Assembly: GCA_951406725.2 (NCBI GenBank)
Contig: OX597820.1
Span: forward strand, 118,916,001 to 118,980,000
Origin: Octopus vulgaris
Lineage: Eukaryota
Reading direction: 5' to 3'
Length of the DNA stretch: 64,000 nt
Shown here: positions 1 through 13,395 of the stretch, in pieces
Numbering within the stretch: the first letter of the stretch is position 1
Layout: each line of letters opens with the position of its first letter
Translations under genes and position numbers: made by a program
The notes under the pieces: model-generated
Databases searched by the model: none
What the model was told of the DNA's origin: nothing
The model's input: the letters and a program-made list of their open reading frames with translations, nothing else

Positions 1-18
1 AATTGTGACGTAATGTTG

Positions 19-420
19 CTATGTGTACCGAGTTCGATTTTTGTAGTGGGCGTATAGCACGGAGGGGGAGGGGGCAAGTCTCGGATGGATCTTAAAATCG
101 ATACCAACACAGATGGTGTAGCGCTCCCGGCGGCGTTGGTGAGAGTAGAGATTGAGTTTTTCTAGTCGACCCCAATAATCAATGCCTCTCATGCAGTCTA
201 TCTTTCTAGTTATTGACCTCTGCAGTGCTTCCACTTTCATAATAAGTTACTTCGTATGGCGGGACCACAGTGGCCAACAGTATTTAAGGTGGGGTCTGGC
301 AAAAGTAGAGTAGAGAATGTGATGGTGTAGGCATCTCTAGACCGGAAACTTCTCAGAATCCAGGAGCACATTTTGCGGGCCAAGTCCGTTTAGCTGTTTA
401 CGTGAGAACTCCATTTTAAA
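19..420 (-). mobile_element. Degraded CR1-group LINE ORF2 C-terminal fragment
   Basis: Minus-strand translations ILYSTFARPHLKYCWPLWS and KVEALQRSITRKIDCMRGIDYWGRLEKLNLYSHQRRRERY fit the post-RT LYxxxVRPxLEY..W / LExVQR..Y.ERL..L.L.SL..RR pattern; frameshifted. Confidence 0.8.
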
Positions 421-470
421 TTGTTATCAACAATTACTCCAAGGTCGCTGGTGTTGCTGGATGACACTAG

Positions 471-806
471 GGACACACACACACATACATAGACACGGAC
501 TCACACACACAAACACACACATACATACACATACATACATAGACACGGACACACACACACAAACACACACACACATACACACACATACATACACACACAT
601 ACATAGACACGGACTCACACACACAAACACACACATACATACACATACATACATAGACACGGACACACACACACAAACACACACACACATACACACACAT
701 ACATACACACACATACATAGACACGGACTCACACACACAAACACACACATACATACACATAATAAACATAAACATACACACACACAAACACACACATACA
801 TACACA
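471..806. repeat. CA-rich minisatellite, 114-bp period, about 3 units
   Basis: Marker AGACACGGACTC recurs at 491, 605 and 719. Confidence 0.9.
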
Positions 807-1147
807 CGTCGGTGTGTAGGTATACGTGTGTATGTGTGTTGGTGGGGTGGGTTCGTTGTGTTCGTATTTGATCTCACCCCCGATTAACAACCAGTGCTGG
901 TTTGTTTACGTCCAAGTAACTTAACATCGTACACTATAAGTTCTAGACACTTAGAAATAAGTCCTGAGGTTTAATTTGTACGAAGAAACCCCTGAACCCT
1001 GAAACAATTTAAAAGATAGAAGTATATACATAAAAGAACACACACACGCGCGTGTGCGACCTTGCATTTACTTATGCCGGTCTGCAAACATACACGTAAA
1101 CCAGTTTATATAATCCGGTATCGAGTTTCTTTCAATTTTATCTGAAA

Positions 1148-1548
1148 CTAGCCCTATCGCCCGGCGTTGCTCGGGTTTGTAAGGGAAATAACTATATAAG
1201 CATTTTTAGAGAGTTATAGCCAAAAAATAGCAAAAAAAATGCATTAAAAATGGGAAAAAAATGATGGTAAATTTTTTTTTAAATCGTTGACTCACTGTAG
1301 ACATTTTTAGAGAGTTACTCCCCTTATATAATAGCGAAAAAACTGCATTAAAATGGAAAAAAATGATGGTAATTTTTTTTTAATCGTAGACTCATCGTAG
1401 ACGCGCGCTAATACCCAGAAGGGCTCGATATGAATCACGACTATAAGATACCCGGTTTTGGTTACACTGCACCGCAAAGTGTGGGAGTAGTTAGGAATCT
1501 AAATCGTAGGAGACAGACAGCACACAACCTCACTTTTATATATAAAGA
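1148..1548 (-). mobile_element. Non-autonomous Helitron copy H1, with internal ~100-bp tandem duplication
   Basis: Minus strand starts TCTTTATATATAAAAG and ends with hairpin CCCGAGCAACGCCGGG followed by CTAG|T. Homologous to 23352-23747 and 28797-29095. Confidence 0.85.
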
Positions 1549-1587
1549 AGATATGTAAATTAGTTATTCGATAGCAACTAATATACT

Positions 1588-1784
1588 ATTTTTAATGGAT
1601 TTTTGGCATATATAAGGGAAGTAACTCTCTAAAAACATATTAAATCTCAGAACGTAAAAAGCTACAGTAACCTCCCCCCTTTGCGGTTAGCCATATTGAG
1701 ATGGCTATTATACTTTACATCTCTAAAAATGCTTATATAGTTATTTCCCTTACAAACCCGAGCAACGCCGGGCGATACGGCTAG
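1588..1784 (+). mobile_element. Helitron copy H2 (3' half only)
   Basis: Matches the 3' half of 23352-23747, including the captured MITE segment; ends CTAG|T. Confidence 0.85.
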
Positions 1785-2204
1785 TTTCAGATGAAATTGA
1801 AAGAAACTCGACACCGGATTATATAAACTGGCTTACGTGTGTGTTTGCAGACCGGCATACGTAAATGCAAGGGCGCACATGCGCGTGTGTGTGTTCTTTT
1901 ATGTATATACTTCTCTCTTGATCAGCTAATATTGTTGAAAGCCGTGCTTCAAGATGACCACCCCTAATGAGGAAAGCTAGTGAAAGCCTGCAGAAAGAAC
2001 TAAGGAAGGAAACGTTTTAAATTAAAGCAAAGCGAATTCCACGCAGCTTATCTGCAAAGCTGTCTCAATGCATTTAACATTCGTATTTTTCATCTTCATT
2101 TGTAATCTTTATCCTCCATAAACTTATCGCTTGATTCCACTGAATAACATCTCGAAAAGAACTGTAAAAATCTTTCAGCCTTCACTCACAGACAGACTAT
2201 CAAC

Positions 2205-2207
<3 letters not shown>

Positions 2208-2270
<63 letters not shown>

Positions 2271-2314
2271 GAGAGAGAGAGGGAGAGAGAATGAGAGAGA
2301 GAGAGAGAGAGAGA

Positions 2315-2357
<43 letters not shown>

Positions 2358-2430
2358 GGAGAGAGAAAGGGAGAGAGAGAGAATGAGAGAGAAAGAGAAG
2401 GAATCAGAGAGGGAGAAGGAGAGAGAGAGT

Positions 2431-2472
<42 letters not shown>

Positions 2473-2690
2473 GATAGAGAGGGAGAGATAGAGATAGAGA
2501 GAGATAGAGAGAGAGAGGGAGAGAGAGAGAGATAGGGAGAGAGGGAAAGAGAGAAAAAATGAGAGAGAGATAGGGAGAAAGATAGGGAGAGAGAGAGAGG
2601 GTGAGAGAGAGGGACAGAGAGAAAGAATGAGAAAGATAGAGATAGAGATAGAGAGAGAGATAGGGAGAGAATGAGAGAGAGAGAGAGAGG
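2208..2690. repeat. (GA)n / polypurine tract, about 480 bp
   Basis: Directly visible GA/GATA/GGGA repeats. Confidence 0.95.
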
Positions 2691-3080
2691 TATTATTTGT
2701 TGTTATTTTGTTTTCTGTCTCTCCTCCCTTTCGCATTTCTGCCTCGTTTCTCCCACCTTTTTTTAATTTTTTTTTCCTCATTTTGTTGTGGTTGTTGTTG
2801 CTACTTTCTCTTGGCAAACTGCTCCTCCTACACCTACTACAACAACGACTGCTGCTGCTACTGCTGCTGGTGATGCTTTGACTGTTCTTGTTGCTGTTGT
2901 CACGACTGCTTCCCCCCTCTTGCCCTGCTGCCGACGCCACAGCAGCTGTAGCTACCGCTGTTGCTGCTGCTGCTGTGGAGTTTCTGGATTCTTTACTGAA
3001 GCTTTCGAAAGAAATACAAATAGCGCAAGGCATTTTTTCGGATGCTCTAGCGAGTATGCATGGGGCTTGTACCACGGTCT

Positions 3081-3307
3081 CGAGCTGGCAGAAACGTTAG
3101 CACGCCGGGCGAAATGCCTAGCAGTATTTCGTCTGCCGCTACGTTCTGAGTTCAAATTCCGCTGAGGTCGACTTTGCCTTTCATCCTTTCGGGGTTGATT
3201 AAATAAGTACCAGTTATGCACTGGAGTCGATATAATTAACTTAATCCGTTTGTCTGTCCTTGTTTGTCCTCTTTGTGTTTAGCTCCTTGTGGGTAGTAAA
3301 GAAATAG
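3081..3307 (+). mobile_element. SINE family A (tRNA-derived)
   Basis: A box TGGCAGAAACGTT, B box GAGTTCAAATTCC, central GTCGACTTTGCCTTTCATCCTTTCGGGGTCGA..AAGTACCAG, tail GGGTAGTAAAGAAATAG. At least 9 copies in the window. Confidence 0.9.
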
Positions 3308-3321
3308 ATAACCTATGTTAC

Positions 3322-3540
3322 CTATTTCTTTACTGTCCACAAGGGGCTAAACACAGAGGAGACAAACAAGGACAGAAAAAAGGATTAAGTCGATTACATC
3401 GTAACTGGTACTAAATTTATCGACCCCGAAGGTATGAAAGGCGATGTCGACCTCGGCGGAATTTGAACTCACGTAACGGCAGACGAAATACGGCTACGCA
3501 TTTCGCCCGGCGTGCTAACGTTTCTGCAAGCTCGCCGCCT
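3322..3540 (-). mobile_element. SINE family A, tail-to-tail with the previous copy
   Basis: Reverse complement of family A; candidate TSD ACCT(A/G)TGTTACC on both sides. Confidence 0.9.
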
Positions 3541-3891
3541 CTAACGTACCTGTGTTACCACAAACAGACGCAAACATCTCCTGAGCCCCGCTCACCTATA
3601 ACCCTGCTGAATAAAATGTACTGAAATGATGTATTTTACTCAAGTATCCAAAGTAGTCTAGGAATCGAAATCATCACAAAATGATTGTAATTGCAACTCT
3701 GGTTGTAGGTTTTGTATTGGTTAGGGGTCCCGTTTATATTCTTATTTGTGCGACAAGTCCCCCGGGAGATGGGTAAATGGACAATTATGCTGTAGACATA
3801 ATCTGTTTCCCTGGGAATCGCGGCAGACTCTAGGGTTCCGTGTAACATGAGTGCTTTTATTTTATTTTATTTTTTTCAGATTTGATTTAGT

Positions 3892-4050
3892 GGATCTTTT
3901 CGGTTTGAACGGCAGTTTTTAACATAATTTCTAGATAACTAAAAAATTGTAAACTTCGTATACTAGTAGAATGTGTTTATAAAACATCTCTTTCTCTTGG
4001 CTTTATTGAGAAAATTCTATAGTTTGTAAGTTATTTGTTGTTTTTTTTCT
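3892..4050 (+). mobile_element. MITE family D, left part only
   Basis: Begins with TIR GGATCTTTTCGGTTTGAACGGCAG as in the full copies; ends at an RTE fragment. Confidence 0.85.
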
Positions 4051-4052
4051 CA

Positions 4053-4270
4053 AACCATGGCAGCCCACGCACGACGGTCCTGCGCCAGTTCACTGGAGAT
4101 AGCGAGCCAGTCACGGTTCCATCGGCGCAGGCCGACCACCTGCGGTCCGGTGAGTACAGGGAGGTCCTCCTTGATCGCCGTAACCCAGGTCTTCAGCTGC
4201 CCGCCCGCACGTTTCCGCCAGTTGGGAAGTGGAGTTGGGAGAAGGACATCACGGCTCAGTTCACCCACTG
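4053..4270 (-). mobile_element. RTE-clade LINE C-terminal fragment
   Basis: WRKRAGGQLKTW..IKEDL...GLRRWNRDW....AQDRRAW is the RTE terminal R.RG...W / A.DR..W pattern. Confidence 0.85.
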
Positions 4271-6039
4271 GACGCCTACATTATTGTTTCTATTCGCCAA
4301 TGAGTGTATCGGTGTGGATACAGTTTGCAAACAGTTTACTTACAGATTCTCGTATGAATATCCAAGGCTTTATAGAATCGAAACTAAGACAAGACAACTA
4401 CTGCTGCCATCGTGTTTCAGTCACCGACACTATTTTCCATCTCAACAGCACCTATACATTTTACGTCATGCAATTATGAAACGGATATACCCTTCGCCAC
4501 CCCTATTTGACACCTTGTGTCTATGCTATAAAGAAATATCGTTGAAGAGAATAATGTTATTTTTTTTTATTTCAGTTTATTCTTCCGTTGAGTTAACATT
4601 TCCCCCAGGGACAAAATTGCATTTCCCTCGATTTTCGGCGGAGAGTGTATCCATCAGTTATATTCTAAATTAATGGCGATTCAATTTGTATCGTTGTAGA
4701 AAATCAATACTATTTAGAAGGGCATGAATGTCGCTCAATCTCATTTCCGGTTCCTCCCCACCGATTATCCACGTGAGTTCTTGTTCATATATACGAAATG
4801 AATACATCAAATTAATGCCACCTTCATATTTATAGATATAGATGACCTCAAAGAATGAACGCACAACTGCAGCGGTCACATAGACATTCATTCACACAAC
4901 ACACACAAATGAAAGCATATTAATAGACACACACACACACACACACACACACTTACACCTCCGCATACATTCCAATCAATGCATCTAGAATACATTGTCA
5001 ATACAAGGAACGGAAGCAATTTAACGCATCTTCTTACGTACACAGAACATGATTCGAAGCAGCTATAAGAGTTATGAGGCGGATATCGGGAATTGAAACC
5101 ACTGATAAACGTTATTCAAGCAGTAAATCAAAATGTTTAGCGGTTCGGCGAATGAGGATTATGAAAATTGTACGTAAAGTAAATACTTTACTATTGGCCC
5201 TTATCCTAACAATTTACGAGCAGGTTTTAACAGCGTCGGAGACGGAACACACACGTCCATAACCACACACACACGTCCATAGCCACACGTATATGGAGTT
5301 ACACACGAACATACATACAAGCAAGCAAATTGTATAAAGCTACACGTAAAAACACACACACGTACGCACCTCATACATACACACATTTAATCATTAAAGA
5401 TACAGATAACCATAAACATTTATACACCTATTCTTATTCCATTTGAAAGCTTGTTTCTATAAATTGTAAATAATTTATTTTGTAACAGGCAATGTTGAAA
5501 GATTTTCATCCGGTATAACTTTCGAATGGGAAATAGCTCTTGAAACCAGCTTCCCATTTCCATTATAATTATCCTCTTAAATGGTCCTAATTGAAAACCA
5601 GGCCCTGATATACATTAAGCTTACGGCAAATACTCCGAAATTGCGATTTATGTTTATATTTTTCGGCCTTTCAAAATAAAGTGAAAATTATGTTCTGCAA
5701 CTTCCAAAGGTACTTTGCATTAGCGGATTCAGAGAGAGTGGACAGCTTGATCAAAATATTAACTGCAATTTAAAGCTATTACATATGCATGTATATCAAT
5801 ACGCAAGTATGTACGTAGGTATATGCATATGTATTCATGAATGTTTATATGTATGTAAATACGTGTATGTATGTATACGTATGCTATATATTTGTGTGCC
5901 TATGTATGTGTATATATGTACATATATGTACTTGTGTGCGTATGTGTGTTTGTATGTCTATGTAATCACCGTATGTATATAATTATATGTTGGTATTTAT
6001 CTCCGTATACATATATGTATATATGCTATGGGCATAAAG

Positions 6040-6124
<85 letters not shown>

Positions 6125-6146
6125 TGTATTTATATGTATATATATA

Positions 6147-6196
<50 letters not shown>

Positions 6197-6751
6197 GTAC
6201 ACATAGATTTGTGTGTATGCTTTTATTTTTTTTAATTGTTCTCCAGTTGAGATATAATCTCTAGCCGCCCGCAGATCATGACTTTCCCATAACAATTTAA
6301 ACAGCATCACATGGTAACTATATATACAGGTATATATACATGTAAACATTCAGGTAACAGCAAATGTTTTTATCTATGTCTATATAAGCTGGCATTTGTG
6401 CATCTTAGCGAATATTAATTGGCTTACTTATATATCTTTATATATACACAAACAAATATACATACACATACACATACACACACATGTATATGTATGAATA
6501 TGGACATGTATGTATGAATGTATTCCATAAATTATGTATATTTGGTCATGCTACAGGCAATACTTCTACAACCGTTTTCGATATTTTTACATTTCCTTAA
6601 CTCGATTGTAATTACACTTTCATTTCCAAATTTATACAAGTCTGATCTCTGTTGTAACATCTTCCTATTTTAATTTTTTGAATTTATACCATAAACGAAG
6701 GTATTTTCTGCAAAGAATCAAATCTCTATCATTACAAATTAGTTGACAAGA

Positions 6752-7083
6752 GTCAAGTGTCTTCTGCTATAGCCCCGGGCCGACCAATGCCTTGTGAGTG
6801 GATTTGGTAGACGGAAACTGAAAGAAGCCCGTCGTATAAACGTATATATATATATATGTGTGTGTGCGTGTATGTTTGTGTGTGTGTGTTTGTCCCCCTA
6901 GCATTGCTTGACAACCGATGCTGGTGTGTTTACGTCCCCGTTACTTAGCGGTTCGGCAAAAGAGACCGATAGAATAAGTACTGGGCTTACAAAGAATAAG
7001 TCCCGGGGTCGAGTTGCTCGACTAAAGGCGGTGCTCCAGCATGGCCGCAGTAAAATGACTGAAACAAGTAAAAGAGTAGAGTA
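6752..7083 (+). mobile_element. SINE family B (5'-truncated), with internal TA/TG microsatellite
   Basis: Homologous to 42342-42750; tail GGCGGTGCTCCAGCATGGCCGCAG..GAAACAAGTAAAAGAG. Confidence 0.9.
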
Positions 7084-7178
7084 AGTGTTACATATAGTAT
7101 TTCAGAAAAACCTTGAGTGTTTTTGCTTGATGCATATCAGTGAGGGTGCACTAAGTAAGCATAAAGTAAATACATATA

Positions 7179-7212
<34 letters not shown>

Positions 7213-8223
7213 ACCATCCTCTCACACCGCCTCCGATGAAAAGATATAATTAATAAATCTCCTCGAAACAGCTGTAAGATCTTCTATCTATAAATGTTCT
7301 AAAATCTACACACCCTTGGTTTTTTATCTCATTACGCACAAAATTCTTATATATATATATATATAATATACATACATGTACATACATGAATAAGGAGTGA
7401 GAGAGAAGGGGGAGTGTGACATGTGGGCAAATATTTAGAGTATTAAATGAGAATGGACCCAGGAAAGAATGGACAAGTTACGTATGAGAGAACCTGCACA
7501 AATTCTTTGATTACTCAAAGTAATAATTTGACACTTGGTTCATGCTGCGTGACGTTTCGTATAGTAATCTTCCATTCATCGAGTATACTTATCTGCGTAT
7601 GTGTGTGTGTGCGCATGTGTATGTGTGTATATATACATATACATGTGCAAGACATTCACAAGAAGAATAGAGAATTATACACCTCCAAAATTTGTTTATT
7701 GCTGTATTATTCTCATGAATTTCACATCAGATTTCAATCCGACACGTGTTTATGCTGCATGTTTGAATGTCTCTCATGTAGCATTCAAAACACATGATAA
7801 GTCATTAGCACACGAATGCATCGGAAACACGCGTCGGGTTGGAATCTGTTGTGAAATGGATGTGATTGATACTGGAATAAACAAGTTCTGAGGATTCGTC
7901 ATTCTTCTTTATGCTGCCTTCCTTATATATTTGTCTGCTCGATGAAATCTAATAATGTGACGTATTATTGTTTACATTATACAATTCTGTACGTTCCCTG
8001 TTATTCAATGTGGTTAGCCAGATCTGGATTGTATCAATGTTAACGTACATGCCCTATTCCTAGACGTCATTTTCTTATTGTCGTTACACACAGACACACA
8101 CGTACGCACACACAGACACACACGTACGCACACACACATACACACTTACATAAAACATACATGCATATCTATCTATCCATCTATCTATCCATCCATCTAC
8201 CTATCTATCTATCTATCTATCTA

Positions 8224-8280
<57 letters not shown>

Positions 8281-8294
8281 ATCTATCTATCTAA

Positions 8295-8727
8295 TGGCAC
8301 CGCGAGTGTCGCGTTGCTCTCAAGCAACTCTGCCGTCCCGGGTCGACCTTGAGTGACTCCAACACAACTCAAGCATTCTATAGGGGATTAGTGGAGGGGA
8401 AGTACGACGACGAGCTCGGGGCGAACCTGGACGTCGACGAGGAATACCTGACCCGCCTGTTCAGGACGACTTTCGGGCCAGGGCCCATGGAGAACTTCCA
8501 GAGATCCCTGGCCTGGCAGTGCTACCGAGAAGCGCTACCCGTTCGGGATAAGCTCTACAGACACGGTTCGAGAAACACGGGGCCGACCTGCCCGAGATGC
8601 GGTCAGAGCGACGAAACCATTCTGCACGCACTCGTGCAGTGTCGAGCAATTTCCGACCTGTGGGCTTGTGTCGAACGACTGCTGTCACGTGTGGGACGAG
8701 TCGGTTTATCAGCCGAGTGTAGCGTTT
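8295..8727 (+). mobile_element. Tx1/L1-clade LINE ORF2 zf-RVT fragment
   Basis: Open frame WHRECRVALKQL...[17 protein letters not shown]...[23 protein letters not shown] (CxxC..ET..H...C zinc knuckle); a GC-rich island between (TATC)n and (TG)n. Confidence 0.9.
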
Positions 8728-8799
<72 letters not shown>

Positions 8800-9104
8800 T
8801 TCGCTATAGCATGCAGCAGGAAGTTATACATGTACTTCATACTTGAGATGTGTATCATTTCTTTCATCGTTTCCTTCATCTTCTTTCCTTTTGATAAACA
8901 TTTCACTCGAAATGTCAGTCTTCCTTTCTCTCTCTTTTTTTTTCTATTGTTTTCGGGTTCTTTTAATTTTTTATTATCAATGTTCTATAATGTTATTTTG
9001 TGCGTCACTTTTCGAAATTTTGTGTACCTGTTGTATCCTCCTAGGTTGTCCATCTCTCTCCTCTTGACCTCGTTCTATTTGTGCTATATCACTTCTGTAT
9101 ATAA

Positions 9105-9166
<62 letters not shown>

Positions 9167-9269
9167 ATCATCATCATCAAAATAAGCAACAAGGATATCC
9201 AGAGGTAATGCAGTACGATCGTTTCATGCGACTATATATATATAAAAATGTGACCTCGTGTGTACCGTT

Positions 9270-9452
9270 GGCGATTTTTTTCCTCTGTCTTCCCTTCTCT
9301 GGATCTTTCCTTCTCCTATGTTTCCGACGAAGAGCTCCACTCGAAACGTTAAACCCTCCTTCTTTCCTTCTTTCTGGGCGTCCAATAATACTATATTTGT
9401 TCCACGTCCTCGCGTTGTGTTTTTTTTTGTGCTTTCTTGTTTGGATTAACAA
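9270..9452 (+). mobile_element. Penelope-like terminal-repeat fragment with minimal hammerhead-like motif (9320-9354)
   Basis: GTTT-CCGACGA-A-GAGCTCCACTC-GAAA-CG-TT-AAAC. Homologous copies lie on the minus strand at 14020-14149 and 26329-26475. Confidence 0.7.
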
Positions 9453-9479
9453 TATATATATATATATATATGTATGTAT

Positions 9480-9697
9480 ATGTTTGTGTTGTGTGTCTGT
9501 GTTTATCGCCCCAACATTACTTGACAACCGTAACACTTGGTGTGTTACGTCCCTGTCACTTAGCCGTTCGGCAAGAGAAACTGATAGAATAAGTAGTAGG
9601 CTTACAAATAATAAGTCCTGGTGTCAATTTGCTCGGCTAAAGGCGGTGCTCCAGCATAGCCGTTGTCAAATGGATGAAACAAAGAAAGGAATAAAAG

Positions 9698-9700
<3 letters not shown>
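9480..9700 (+). mobile_element. SINE family B, 3' half
   Basis: CTTGACAACCG...GGCGGTGCTCCAGCAT..GAAACAAA homology. Confidence 0.85.
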
Positions 9701-9740
<40 letters not shown>

Positions 9741-9853
9741 TATACATACACACACATACACATACACATATATATACATATATACATTCATACATACATA
9801 TATATGTATATACCTACATACATACATATGTAAATATATATATATATATATAC

Positions 9854-9950
<97 letters not shown>

Positions 9951-10897
9951 ATATATATATTATATACACAGTTGCAAAGAGGGAAAAAGTGAGAGAGGAG
10001 GTGGCGAAGGGAAAGATTAATATATAGTATCTCCAGAGCTTTTGTTTGTTGTAGCTACATGTGTTCATTGGTTAACAAACACGTGTTTCTACCAATAACC
10101 AATCTTTCTATTCATTTCGTTACTTAAATGTTTCCAAGGGGCATAAAGTGAAGTGAAACATATGCGAGCGACGAACGAGATTCCTTGGAGCATTTTACGA
10201 AGTTGCTCAATATGCAAATAACCATGGAGGAGATTTCGGTTTCCTTATTGCACACGCTGTATAAAAGTGCCACTTTAGTTTCCTTAATATTTTGTTTATT
10301 CATTTAATGTAGAGCTAACATCACAATTATAATGGCCCCTGTTTCTTACGGCTACGATACACTCATAAGTAATATGCTAGCAAAATGAAATTGCTTCATT
10401 TTCATATATGTTAATTATACGCTGTATCCCCAGCCTATTATTAGGCCTTGCACTGCATTATGTCGCAGGAAGAATGCATAGACAGCCACCAGGAATATAA
10501 CGGCCATCTTTCACACTATCTTTCGCTCCTTTCCAGCCTACACGCATCCTTTCTTTCACTTTCCTATCTCAGTCGTATTTTCCCTCTCTTTTGGGGTACC
10601 AATATGTCACCTGCTTATTTCATAATCCACTACCACAGCCCCCGTAGCAAATTATACTCAATTATCTCTCTCTCTCTCTCTATCTCTTTATCTGTCTGTT
10701 TCTCTCTCCCTCTCTTCTCTCTCTCCCTCCCTCTCTCTCTTTTTGTCTGTCTTTCTTTCTTCAATAGCTTTTCCCGCTGCGCCAACGCCAACACTCAACC
10801 CCATTAACTATTAAATACGATTCCGTCGTCTCACTTTTCTCTGTTCATTTAGATATTTTAACACGAACGCACATCACGTTTGCACATATCTCCTCCT

Positions 10898-10958
<61 letters not shown>

Positions 10959-11045
10959 TTATATATACATATATATATATATATACATATATATATTTAT
11001 ATATGTATGTATATACATATATACATATATAAATATATATATGTG

Positions 11046-11086
<41 letters not shown>

Positions 11087-11366
11087 AAATATTTATATAT
11101 ACACACACACACATATAAGTACACAAACATGAAGTCACATGAACGTGCAAGCACACACACACATATGTGTACGTGCGAAGGGGGTGTGCGCGTGTGTGCG
11201 TGGGGTGTGGAGGTGGTGTACGGAATTCAGTGCATTACATCAAATGCTCCTAAATGTCTAAATTGCGTCCTGTAATCGCTAACACAACCAATTAAAAACA
11301 ATGAGATTATCAGGAAGAGCTCAAGGTCATTTATTCACGCATACGTATATACATACGTAGAAAAAC

Positions 11367-11368
<2 letters not shown>

Positions 11369-11427
<59 letters not shown>

Positions 11428-11449
11428 TATAATAATAATAATAATAATG

Positions 11450-11495
<46 letters not shown>

Positions 11496-11549
11496 TAATA
11501 ATAATAATAATAATAATAAAATAATAATAATGATATAATAATAATAATG

Positions 11550-11583
<34 letters not shown>

Positions 11584-11635
11584 TGATAATAATGATGATG
11601 ATAATAATAATAATAATAAAATAATAATAATAATG

Positions 11636-11672
<37 letters not shown>

Positions 11673-11709
11673 TAATAATAATAATAATAATAATAAAATA
11701 ATAATAATG

Positions 11710-11772
<63 letters not shown>

Positions 11773-11882
11773 TGATAATAATGGTAATGATAATAATACT
11801 AATAATAAAATAATAATAATAATAATGATAATAATAATAATAATAATAATAAAATAATAATAATGATATAATAATAATAATG

Positions 11883-11952
<70 letters not shown>

Positions 11953-11990
11953 TGATAATAATAATAATAATAATAATAATAACGATGATG

Positions 11991-12028
<38 letters not shown>

Positions 12029-12040
12029 TAATAATAATAA
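11369..12040. repeat. Long (AAT)n/(GAT) trinucleotide array with higher-order repeats
   Basis: About 670 bp; the interruption AAAATAATAATAATGATATAAT recurs near 11518, 11695 and 11851. Confidence 0.95.
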
Positions 12041-12100
12041 TATATATATATATAAATTATAGATATACATGTATATAGAGTATATCGATAGGTATTAAAC

Positions 12101-12283
12101 AGGCGCGGTGGTGGCTGTATGGTAAGAAGCTTGCTTCCGAACCACATGGTTCCGGGTTCAATCCCACAGTGTAGAATGTTGAGCAAGTGTCTTCCACTAT
12201 AACCTCAGGCCGACCAAAAACTTGTGAGTGGATTTGGTAGAAGGAACTGAAAGAAACCCGTCGTGTATATATATAGCTATATG

Positions 12284-12343
<60 letters not shown>

Positions 12344-12553
12344 CATATATATAAACATATATATATACACAAATATATATATACATCGCTTGACAACCGG
12401 TGTTGGTGTATCTACGTCCCCGTAAATTAGCGGTTCGGTAAAAGACACCGATATAATACAAAGAGTAAATCCAGTGTATAATTTCTTCGACTAAAAGGCG
12501 GTGCTCCAGCATGGTCACAGTCAAATCACTGAAACGAGTGAAAGAATAAAAAA
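12101..12553 (+). mobile_element. SINE family B, full length, with expanded internal (TA)n
   Basis: A box TGGCTGTATGG, B box GGTTCAATCCC, TTGAGCAAGTGTC, family tail. Confidence 0.9.
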
Positions 12554-12576
12554 ATGTGTGTGTGTGTATGTGTGAA

Positions 12577-12870
12577 AGCGCGTGGTATAGTAGTTACGGG
12601 GTTGTACTTATGACAGCTACATCCTGGGTTCGATTCCCGGTCAGGACCGTATGTTGAATTCTTGAGCAAGGCGCTTCATTTCACATTGCTCCAGTTCACT
12701 CAGTTGTAATTTCGTAACCCTGTAACGGACAAACCTTCCGATCCGGTGGAACTGTGGGGTGGGGGTTCATTGGCCTGCTTGCCAAGCCAGCTGGGTGGCA
12801 TCATTTGAAATCTAATACAATGCAAATCACATTACGATGATCGATGACTGACGAATCACGTGATCACGCG
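12577..12870 (+). mobile_element. Older tRNA-derived SINE family E
   Basis: B box GGTTCGATTCCC, CTTGAGCAAGGC..TTTCACATTGCTCCAG, tail ATCACGTGATCACG. Relatives at 40318-40595 (-) and 58028-58306 (+). Confidence 0.7.
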
Positions 12871-13237
12871 ATACGTATATATGAATATGTATGTGCATAC
12901 ATACACACATACATATACATACATACATACATTCATATATGTATGTATACATATATATATACATATACATTTATATATACACACACATATATATATTTAC
13001 ATAAATATTCACATACATGAAGGTGTAAACATATATATATATATATATATATTTATATACACACACATATGTGCATATATAAACGTAAAAGACTGTCTCA
13101 CCTTCCTGAGCGTCAAAATAATACACCTGCTCGTTGTTTATACACTTGTCTACGTCTTTTGCTTTTCTTTAAATTTCAACTATATATATATAGCAATAAT
13201 AAATCTCTGAACGAGATATAAACACTAACTGCTCGAC

Positions 13238-13395
13238 AACGTAAAGTATACTAGCCATCTCAATATGGCTAACCACTAAGGGTGGGTGTTACTGTAGCTT
13301 GTAGCCCCAGGAGATCATCGTCTCCAGCTGGCTTTAGGTACACTTTCCGTGCCCTTATGGTATTTGCCATATTGAGATGGCTAGTATACTTTACG

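Noticed and set aside
2788-3100. Ala/Thr-rich ORFs in a (CTG)n-rich patch
   Set aside because: Low-complexity trinucleotide sequence running into a SINE; no splice or domain support.
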